DNA from: the human T2T-CHM13v2.0 reference genome, Homo sapiens
Reading direction: 5' to 3' (one strand)
NCBI RefSeq assembly: GCF_009914755.1
Contig: NC_060927.1
Length of the DNA stretch: 64,000 nt
Position numbers and translations under genes: made by a program. The notes under the pieces are model-generated. The model ran no database searches and was not told the origin of the DNA. It was given only the letters and a program-made list of their open reading frames with translations. Positions 28,111 to 39,304 of this stretch are shown here, piece by piece. Numbering within the stretch: the stretch's first letter is position 1; each line of letters begins with the position of its first letter.

Positions 28111-31100
28111 ACAAAGACACACACTTCCTTCCGCTTAAAGATAAGTGAGGACTGGAAGTGGTCTGCTCCTTCCAGCACCCCTTTCCCAATTTCACCAATG
28201 CTACAATATCCCAAATGCTACAAAACTCCTCATGGTTGAGGCTTAGGAAAGCAAGATGTCTGGCAGCCCCACAGGGTAGTGTGTACTAACACGGGTTGAT
28301 GAAATTTGCAAGAGAGCTAATAAAATTACCCAACCTGATGACAGAGACATTGACATTCCTACTTCCTGGGCTCCTTGCCCTTTGTTTAGAGTCAGATGGC
28401 TCCAAAACCCCAGCTCACTTCCACACTGTCTGGGGATGGGTGGCGACAATGTGCATTTGTTCCATGTGATTAGCTATTCAAATCTTAAGTCAAGGTTGAT
28501 CATTTGACCTCTCTGGATTGAACTAAATTCATCACCTATAATTTTATTAAAAAGCCCAGTGGCCATCAATCATAATGAGAGCATAGGGAGCCAACATTTT
28601 CCAGGAAAATGTGTCAACTTCATGGGCACATGGTGCTTCCACCATCCCTTTTCTATCTTGAGTTGAGCAGGCATGTACCTGGGGTTTCTTCTGAGGATAC
28701 AAGGTCAACGCAGCACCCAAAGTGTGGTGGCACTTGGGAGGAGGGTTTTTTTTATTGTTATTATTTTCCTTGACTGGATGAAATGGTGTCAGTTCTAAAC
28801 TAGTTCCCTACCTTTGGACTAGTGAGATAATTTGGCAACTGTGTGTCCCAGCCTTAATCCAAATGATATTTCATATAATTTCAAAAGGTGAAATCAGGAT
28901 CAGGGCTGCTCTTTACCATTTCTGATAATGCTGCTGTAAATCACTTTGAAATCACAGTATATCAGCTTGTACATATGCAGAAGTATTCATGTTATTGTCT
29001 GCTGGTGAAATAAATACAACAGCAGTTTCATTAAAAAATTTAAGAAGGGTAAAAATTTCCAGTGGTCTTTTAAACCCAACTTGGCATTAATTCTTTAAAA
29101 CTAAGGTTGCAGAGTCCCTGTTTTTAATGTTTCCTGGTCAAAGTCGATTTGTTCTTATACCTGAAGCAGGTGATGTTTCTGTAGAGACATCTGAATGACA
29201 GCGGGAGTGAAGGACAAATCTAATAAAGCCTAATAAAGCGTGAGCACCAAAATGTCATTAAACTTACAAAGATGAGACTCAAAATCACTAAAAAGGTAAA
29301 TGTCTTCATTAGTCTGATCTCTGAAGACTGTCGAACATTTCATTAATTTATAATTTATGATTGTTTGACAAATATTGAAAAGTATGTAAATATGAGCAGG
29401 ATAATGTATTTTCTGCGGGAGATGAGGAAATGACCCAAACTGTACATGCCTGCAAGATTACACACAGGACCTAGCTCTCTGTTATCAAACTGTGTCGCCC
29501 CTTTAGCCAACATATTGTGCAAGTGACAAGTGAAATAGTGCAGATAAACCAATGGTTTAAAACGTAATAAAGACAACAGCCATTTGCATTTTTTACATTT
29601 TATTACAAAGGTAATTTACTATGACACATTTCTGAATGTAATTTATGAAAACATGTTAAAGCAATTACATGGTGTATACAGCCCTCAGAGCTACAAAATT
29701 CAGATAAATAATAATATTATAGATCTTTAGAGACTTTCACTATTGAAAACATATCATAAAGGGAATCTTTTATTTAAAAAATGGTTTGTATAGAAGAAAA
29801 TAATGACATTAAAATTAAAACTTAAGATAAAATCTTGAAGAACAATAGTAAATGAATACTATGTTTTGCTGGAGTTGCAAAATTAAATCTTCTTGATGAC
29901 AATTTGCTTATTTCACAGGGTGTGTTATCAACAATTTTTTTTTCTTTTCTGGAATTGTTAGGTGCAAAGTATTAAAGGCTTCTTGGGAGGGAGATACACG
30001 ATGAATGTATGTTTCCTTTTTCAAATTTGTGAGGTAATTCCTTCTCTCCATTTCTCTTTTCTAAAGTACAGGGCTGTGCTAACTTTGAAAAGTAAAAGAT
30101 GTCATTATGATCAGTCCTGTGTGAACCAAACTTTCAAGCACACCAGCCTGTCAGGAGTTATCAAAATGGGAGAAAATTTCCTGGAGGAAGATGAAAGAAA
30201 AGTTGCATAATAAAGCATAAAATGAAAACTAGAAACATTTCATGTCTCCTCCCACTCCCCAGATCAAAATTTATATTGTAGTGGTTCCTTAATATGTTCT
30301 AAAACTGGTAGTGCATGATTAGATACTATAGATTCAGCCTCGAACTATTCTTAACAACTTTTTTTTTGAAAGGAGAGAATCTTTCTTTCTTCTGTGTTTA
30401 TAGGTACAATACTTTTCTTAAACATTTTAGCTTTAAAAATCAATCCTAATGCAAGCCTGAAATGGGAACTTTTCCTGCCTATGGGGCACTGCCCTGAGTT
30501 TGTTTCATAACCTTGAGATAATCTGCAGGGCCTTCTGTACCTTTATCTGAAATATCCCCTAGGGAACATTACCTGCTGTGACAGACTTAAAGCCACAACC
30601 CCCCTCCCACTTGTATTAAATCTCTTCAACCTAAGAAAACAGTCCCTAGACCCAACTTAGATCCAAATTGCAGTGGCATTGGAAGCGTGTGATAGTTGCA
30701 CTGGCTTCTTCTCTTTCAGTTGGCTATCCTAGCAGCCCACAGTAACTGGCCTCCAAAGTTTCACCTTCCTCTGCCGTTCAAACATTCAACATCCTCAAGT
30801 GTGGGTGTGGATGCAAAGGCACTGGGGCCTTTGAAGCATGTCCGTGCCCATAGAGCCCATTCAGCTGCGAAAGGTGGGCCATCGCTAAAGTTGGACCATC
30901 GCTATGTTCAGGTAGCCAACTCTTTCTTTGAAAGAGTGGGCAGATGAGTCCCAGATCTACTGAACCGGACTCCTGAAGTCCTTACCATAGAATCTTGCTC
31001 TAACTTGCCTCTTTCTGCTGGGTGTTTTGCGACCCAGCTGGCCACGCTGCTCACGCTCCTATCACCCTCAGGCAAAGCTAGCGCCCCTCTCCCGTCAAGG

Positions 31101-31654
31101 ATCAGGCAAGTCGGTATTGCTGGCGGACAGACAGGCAGCTTGAAGGGCTTGAGCTCCAAGATGCGATCACTGACCCCCTTTCTTGCCTTTCATTGGCGTG
31201 AGTCATCCTTCTATTTTGCATTAGAACCTATTCTCACATTACCACCAGGAATTGCCCCACCACCTATCCCTAGCCCAGGAGAGGCGGGGGCCTAAGTAAG
31301 TCTGAGAGCTCCTGACCCTAGGCGGGTCTCAAAGCCTCCCCCATTACCCTGCAAAGCTCTATCGGGCAAGGGGGTGGGCTGTGAGTTAGTTTCAACCAGG
31401 GTTAAAGTCAGTCCTCGGCTCCAGCCTTTGTCTCTCTTGGAATGTTTAGGGGCTGCATATGCTTTTGTGTTGCAAACAGCAAGCAGGATCCCCAGGAGTC
31501 CCTGACCCCGTGCCTTGGCTGGAGCGCCGTTTCCCTGGACGACTGTGGCTGGGATGGCCTCCCGGCAGTAATCTTGCGCAAACACCCTGCCACGCGCAAG
31601 GACGCCAGCTCAGACACGCAGCGCCCCGCGCATACAAAGGAATGTTCCCTCTTT

Positions 31655-31770
31655 AAAAAAATTAAAGAAAAAGAAAAGAAAGAAAGAGGAGGAGGAGGAG
31701 GATGGGGGAGAGGGAGAAGGAAGAGGAAAAAGGGGAAGGAGAAAAAGAAGGAGGGGCAAAAGAATAATAA
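31655..31770. repeat. Polypurine (A/G) tract including (GGA)n
   Basis: ~110 nt nearly pure purine. Confidence 0.85.
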
Positions 31771-34700
31771 TAGATATGAGAATGCATTTCTCAGATGGTA
31801 AACTACCCACGAAGGGGGAAATGTAGTGGGGAGGAGTGTTGAGTAAAAAGAGAAGAGGAGAGGGGAAAATGATAACTGCTGAGGTGTCAACACCAATAGA
31901 CAAATAATCTCCTAATAATAAACGAAACAATGAAATGGCTGCATTGTGTCCTATTAAGCTTTCCGTACATGACCCCATCTATACCTGCACCTCCATGCTT
32001 TGATGACTTATAGTATATGCAAAAGCAAACTTTCCCTCAGTGTTTTTTTTTTCTTCTTCCCCTCTACCTGTCAATCTTTTCCTTCCAAACAGTCAGATGG
32101 TTTTAAAAGAAGGAAAAAGAGAGGAAGAAAAAAACCCTTTACCATCATCACCACCCAAGAAATGATAAATAGCATCGCATAGCTAATCGCTGGAGGGCGC
32201 ATTTACCAATTCATAATCATTTATTCTTGGTGATGTATGGCTCTTACTCCTAAATCTGAAAAGCTTCTATCTGAAGGTGTAAATAGCTTTTTTTTTCTTT
32301 CCTGCAGTAAACCTTCCTGCGTTAGCAGTGATTGATCTCATGTACAATTCGTCCCAGAGTGCTATTTTACAGGGGGAACACTAGCTTTTGGAGATTAACT
32401 GGGGAGTCTGTTACATATTAATGAAGCCTGGAGATATACTAACGTTTTGGTAATTTAGTTATTTGTGTCTATAGCTATCGTCGTTATTTTCTTTTAGACC
32501 CCTGCGGTTGCTATCCATCGAATTAAAAAGTAGTCCTTAGAATTTTTTTTCCACTGGCAACTACATGCCATTTAATGTGAAAAACAAATGTTGACTTCTC
32601 TCTTGAAGGAAGTGTGTTTCTTGGCAAGACATCAAAGTGTTTTATACTGTATTAGTGGGTTATGTTAGTTTTCTTACCCAGAGCCTGATCTAAAGTAATA
32701 ACTAAGGAGGAAGAAAAAAGAAGGCTTAGACATCTCTATACTAGAAAAATTATTTGATCTTCTATGATAAAGGGAGGAAGTTAAAACGCTAGGAGAAAAG
32801 TGTTCTTGGCAAGAGGGTCCTTAAAACATGTGACAATCCAAACTGAATCAATGTTGGGAGTGGAGGTGAGGGAGGAGGAGCAGAGGTTGCTCATTGATTT
32901 GCAACCCGATAATTAATATCCCACCAAATGAGACATCAACGTCATTAATGCCTGTGTGTTCCTGGGGAGAGACTGTGAGTGAATTCCCATCAGGAATGAA
33001 AGCCAGATCCGACAGAGGTTGCTTCTCCGCCCAGTATAAAATGGTATTAATCCTTTGTTTTCCCGTAGGATTTTTATGGGGCGAGAGTTTTCCTAAAATA
33101 CTCTGCGGCCTCCCACAAAAGATCTGGGGCATTGTCTGTGGGCAGGAAGCCCCTCCATATGCCCCCACAACTCCCTTGGCTCTTTGGAGAATGCAGGACT
33201 ACAGCCAATTGAGGGCGTGGTGTGAAGTGGGAAGAAAAGTTTGCAAAACGCCATGATCAGAGTGCAGTGAGCGCCAGAACCTGCCTTGTGTAAGAAAGGT
33301 GGATCACTCCTTTCCACTTTCATGACATCCAGAAACTGCCTGATGAGTTCCAGTTAGTTCAGGGAATCTGCATCACATCTCTAAAAGACACATCCTCCCC
33401 TTGGTGCCTAGTATATGAGTCTTACCCCATTGCCCTTCTGACTGTCTACCTCCCCCACCCACTAAAAAGGGGGGCCCTCTGCATTCCCTTTTAAGGGGCC
33501 CTGTCGCCATCCTTCTCCCAGAAGCCCAGATCTGGAGCTCTGGAGAACTGGGGCCTTCTAGCCCAGTGTTTGCTTAGATGGAAGCCTCAAGAACCAACAG
33601 TCTTTCTGGAACCGTGAAACGCTGAAGCGTGATAGCGCCAGTTGGCCAGGACGCGCCCCTTTTGTTTTCGGGGGACGATTTATGTCCTTTATAAAAATGT
33701 GGTTTGGAAAAATAGAAAGGGCCTTGAAAACGTTGTTACAATGAAAAAGGGACAAATTAGAAGACATTTTCCGTGATCAAAGGAGAGCGGGAGAGAGCGC
33801 ATGGGCATTCACAAAGCTTGACTTATTCACTTCCCTCCTTTGCAAGCCAGGGCAACAAGCGTGTCCCCCATTGACAAGGAGCCCTATTCAGACTGCAGGT
33901 GCGAAGTGGGCCGGCGCGCCCGACCACATTATGTCAAGGTTGTTGGAGATTAGTGTTCAGCCCTAATAACTAAAGCGCTTGATTTACATTGGAAAAAAGC
34001 CCCCTCAGCCGTGAAAACAAAATCTTTGAACGCGTGATCATTGCGAGGGCGGCTGATATCCTAATACGTGCATTGTTCTCGGCCTGGCCCAGGCGCGCCC
34101 CGGCCTCCTTAGGAAGGGCAAGGCCTGGGCTGCTGGCCGTGGACCAGGTCCCCAATCACACACCCTGTCAGGGTCTGAGAAGAAAAGGTGATGGGTGGGG
34201 CCTGCTTTAGTGAGGCCTAAGGAAGGCAGAGTGTGGTCTTCCCTGAGAGTCCCGATCTGGGATCCGAACTGTGGCAAAGCCTGAGACAGGAGAACAGTGG
34301 GGGCTGCAGGGCCTCCACAGGTCTAACACAGTCAAGTGTTCCAAGGCTGAGGCAGCTCCAGCTTTACTATGGTGGAACAGCTGGGGAACTTGCCTTGAAG
34401 TATTGTGAGTAAGAACAATTTTACTCACAGGTGAAGAACACTTCGGGGTAACCAGGGAGCTGAAAAACTTACAAAGGACTAATGCACCCCCACTGGGATT
34501 GGCTGCCTCCAAAACCACTGTGGAGTGTTCAGGCCAAATTTATTTCCTGCAAGAAGAGCCCACTTCAGAAAAGCCCAGAACAACCTGCATCCCAGGACTT
34601 GGGTGTTTTTTTAGATTTGTTTTTGTTGTTGTTTTTTGTTGTTGTTTTGAATTTTTTTCTGTTTCATTTTCTCAGGAATGGAGGGGTGGGGGTGTTCATT

Positions 34701-37199
34701 TTGGTCTTGGGTCTGTGTGCCCCTGTATGCCTATTTCAGGGCAGATTTTATTCCCTCATCTACTTTCTGTGCCTCCTAGACACCACCCTCCCCCACCCAT
34801 GAGAAGGGATCCAGAGAACAAGAGATCTGTAGTTGGGACTGAAGAGCAGGCATTTCAGTATGGATATGTATCCATTCTATCCATTCTAACTGCAATATCT
34901 TTTGTGAAAGTGAAGCTATTAAGGCAATTTCCATAAGATCCGTCCTAGAAGAAAAGGTTCTGTGGGGACAAGGTGAGAAAGCTGTTAACTATTGTCTGGC
35001 CCTGAAAAGGTCGTAAGTCAGAGCCTCAGTAGCTGACCTGTCAGGGGAAGGTATAAAGGCTTTATTCATGCAGTTGCCGCAATGTTCTCAGCTCTCACAA
35101 AAGTGTTTTTATGATTCGATTTTCTTACCTCTTTTCTTAATTAAAAAGCTGAACCGTTAGAATAGCACCTGCATCGGTCCTGACAGTGCCTGCATACTAA
35201 TTCCAGAGTCTTTACAGCTTGCAATTATAACATAAAATCAGAGATTCAATAAAACAGAAGGATTTTGCTCCCAAAGCCCTGCTAATCCCCTTTTAAAAGG
35301 GTCTGGTGAAATAATTCACAACAGTTTCCGGAAGTTGGATTACCATTCCTTTTTTTTTTTTTTTTTTTTTTTACTTTTTACAATGAAATGATAATTCACA
35401 CTTTTAAAAAGGCTGTTTTTCTACAACAGGTTTTTATTTTATTTTTTTTTATAAAAGAAAGTTTGCCAGCCTTGGGGGCAATAGAAAACATTTCACTATA
35501 AATTTCTTACTCACTAAATGCAGTGGCAGGAAATGTAGGGAAAATTTTGTGGTATGTTTGAAACAATTTTCTCAGGTGAAAATGGCTAAAGTGTGATGAG
35601 GAACAGCTTATGTGCATCAGGCAACTCACTTCTCTCAGAGGAAATAAACAAGCAAATCTTTTGGGGGAAGATGCCTATTTTTCATGGCTTAGAAATATGA
35701 ACATTTTAGGAAAAACATTTTTCACCGAGATGCTGGGTGTACTCTTTAAAGGATTAATGAATACATTAATGAGTTCAAAAGCTAGAGGCCTCTGTTAAAC
35801 CCTAAGTAAGACCTTGCAATGACACAAATCAAGGACCTTGAGGTGTCAGTAGTTTCTCTTTAGTTTTTGGCAAAGAATACTATTCTCATGTGGCTAATCC
35901 TGTCTTACATGGGCCAGCCTTCAGTCATAGACAAGGGAAAACCAAATCATCCTTCTGATAGCCTATATACATCATCTAATGTTGTTATTGGTGGATTATT
36001 TTTTCTTATTTTTGCAATTCTACAACTACATGTCACAGCTATGATGATAGGTAATTTTTAAATTTTGCTTTATTCTCTCTGCAGACATTTCCCAAGGCTG
36101 TTCAAGTTCAGGATCATGTACAGCTTTGCTCACCTTGTTTTGAATTGCTTTCCCTGCATTTTGGCTCACGTAGTCTACACTGGCTCTAAATGAGGGGGGG
36201 GTGGGGAAGAAGGCAGGACAAGTTTCAAAGTGCATCCTCATGGTCACATTTACACTAGATTGACCTGTACCCATGCCCTAAGGTACTTTTTTTCTTTCTC
36301 TTCTTATCCATGCAGTTGCTTTGGATGTTTGCAAAGCCACTGGGCAATTTGGACAATTCAGGGACAAAACTCAAAACCTCCTCAAAATGTCTACTGAATT
36401 TCTGTTTTTCCTGAATGACTTTGGGTTCTGAGCTCCAAAACATTCCTAGGAATCTCCCGCTTGTTTTTCTCATTGGAGATATTTGGGTGAAAAGGCAAAC
36501 CTATCCTGATGCCTAGAAATGAAGTTGGTGAAGTACGTAATTTTGGGATCTTCAGTCACTTGTTGATCAAGATGTTATTAATTTTTCTGAAATGAGGATT
36601 TAGTAAGAAAAAAAATCATGATTGTGAAAAATGTCCTGATGCCTTCTTGGGAAAAATGTACTTTTTTGTGACTTTTGCCCAAACACCCTGTCCTCAGCCC
36701 CCTAGCTGCCTGCCCCCTCTCTCAACTCGCATTTTCCCACCTTACACACCCAAGACTTGAAAAGCCCAAACCGCAGAGGCTTATGATAAAATAAATTGAC
36801 ACAAGGCAGACTGAGCCATTGTGTTTACTGAAATGCCAGTCTTAACAAGTCATGGGGCGACATTAAGGCAATTGGTTTCTTCAGCTTCGTTCCTCACCAA
36901 AATAAACTCAATTCTCTCTAATTTTTCTTGTGCCTTTAAAAACTAATTTACGTTTTTGTCTCAGTGCCCGGGTGCCCTGGGCTCTGGAACTCTCAGAGAA
37001 TAAACTTCTCAGAGAGTTAGTCTCAGAGAACAAAGTGACATTGGGGCTCTCAGCTATTCTTCGGATTGCCTGAAGGAGGTGCACGCTGCTATGGAGTTTA
37101 GGGCTCCTGAGGGCGCCACAGTTTCTGCTAGGGACTGAAAATATTCACCTGATTCAGTGAGGAGCTAGGGGAATGTTTCTGAAAGACAGAATACCAAGA

Positions 37200-37375
37200 T
37201 AAGTAATAGTAATAACAACTAGCACTAGCAAGTACATTCTAAATGTTTAAAGGATTATCTTATTTAACACTCAAAACAAACTTGCAAAGGAGGTTCATTT
37301 TAATTTCATTTTACAGATGAAGGAACTGAAGCACAGAGACGTTTCATCATGTATCCAGGGGCACAGGGACAGTAG
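37200..37375 (-). mobile_element. MIR fragment
   Basis: ATTATCTTATTTAA..CATTTTACAGATGAAGGAACTGAAGCACAGAGA is the reverse MIR core. Confidence 0.65.
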
Positions 37376-39304
37376 GTGTACAAGAGGGCAGACTGCCTCC
37401 TCTTATCCAAGATCTTTTCACCAGGCCAGCACAGTTTCTACCTGGTGCTCTAATTAGGAATAGCGAATAAAAGAGCAGGATGAGGTGTAGGGATCATTAG
37501 CCGACTAAAGCGCCCCCAAGCTTCCCTGAGCATTGTCAGTTCAGGGTTGGAGGCGGGTAACTTCCCCAGAAAGCAAATGAGATAATTCTAGGGTGAGGCT
37601 AGCCAAGGGCACTTGGGGACCAGTAAATTCAACCCTCTGTCAAAGGTTACACTATTCAACTCTGCCAAACAATAATGACTCAAAGGAAATCTCACCTCTC
37701 CTAGTGGCTGGGGCACTGAGGTGTCTAAGAGCACTTTCTCTTTCCTCTTCTACTGCCTCGCAATTAGAACTTGGAAGGTTCAAAGACAGGCCTTTGCTTC
37801 TCCAAAACTCTTTCGCGGAATGTCAAGGACAGCGGAGTCTCCCGGGCACCCTGTCTTTTCTCTGCATTCTAGGGAATGATTTAGGCCTCAACTCCTGGGC
37901 GCCCTCTCGTGCAAGGCTTTCCTGGGGGAATGGGAAGGTGTCGGTAGAAGGGCTGGTATCCTCTCTGGAGCCATGGGCAGGCACAGCTGTGAAGACTCCA
38001 GGCAGCAGGATTGAGCGGAGAGCTCCGAGCCCCAGAAAAGCCTTGACTGGAAGTCTCGAGTTCATTCCTAATCCCCACCTGCTCCTCACCACAATGCTCA
38101 GTCGGTTAAAGAGCTTTAATGAGTGCTGTTTCTCAAAGAGGCCGGGTCGAGGAGAGGCCCCTCTAACCTGTCCGCGAGACGGAGGAAGGGGGCCCTTTCG
38201 CGAAATGAACGGGAGGGGGCGCTAACTCCAGTGTTAATGCCCAGGGACCTCCTTTCTCAGGGACATGTCTTGGTTTCCCCTCATGGCCTCCTTTATCACA
38301 CCTGCGCGTCTCTCGCGCGCCGGGATCCTTTCTCCCAACGTTTTACCCAGGACTGCAGCCCTTGCCCTACGAGTTGAGTCTCTAGTGTGTTATCTAAGGA
38401 GACCCAGCATTCCCACCCCAGGAGTCGTTGTCTTCCCACTCCATCCAGCCCCTTGCTCCAACCAAGCCCACGGGAACCAACTCCTCAGGAGTTAAAAAAA
38501 AAAAAAAGTGTCAGGCGAACTGCTCACTGAGGTGGCTCCTGAGCAGTAGGTGCAGAGGCAACAATGTATGCGGGTATCTAGAGGTCCAGTGACCACGCAG
38601 TGGAGGAGGGAAGATGGCTCTGGTGATTCATTTGAAATAAGTCTCCCAGTGGCTGGGCCAGATAAGAGTGTGCGTGCATCGGATGCTAAAACTCACCAGA
38701 TATCTCAATCGGGGCCCAGGGAAGTGTCATGTGGGCTGTAGCCTCCCAGTCTTCAGGCATAGGCCTTCGCGCAGGTATCTGAATGGAGCCTTGAGGTCTG
38801 AGCAATCACTTCTCCCAGAGGGGGCAGGGTCCAGCTAGGAAGATCTCTGCGGCCAACTGTGCCTCAGACACTCCACCAGCGCTTACTCAGGTCTTACAGC
38901 CGAACTGTCCTGTCTTTTTCTTTCCTTGTTTTGATTCCCACCAGCTATTGGACTTTTCTCTGGGAATTCAGGGGTGGTTATTTGACGTTGCTCTGAGCTG
39001 GAAATGTAGAAAGGTAGCCTTTCCTGGCAGACACTGAGAGGATCCTTTCAACTTTTTCCATTCTATAAAGTATTAATAAATTGGTTGATGATGTCAGTGC
39101 CATTAGGGTGAAATTGAGATGAGAGAAGTCTTTCTCACAATGGCTGCTTTAGGGGGTCCCTCCATTTTGCTGTCCTGAGACTAGGCCCCCAGAGATATTT
39201 GTGTGAAGCGGTGAAGAAAGACTGAGGAGAGAATTGGAGGCTTCTGGAGGGCCTCGAATCTCGTCCAGGATGAAGAAACAATAACAGGACACCAGGATTC
39301 AAAA

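Noticed and set aside
37593-38225. 210-aa plus-strand ORF
   Set aside because: Non-ATG start, no recognisable domain, GC-rich non-coding context.
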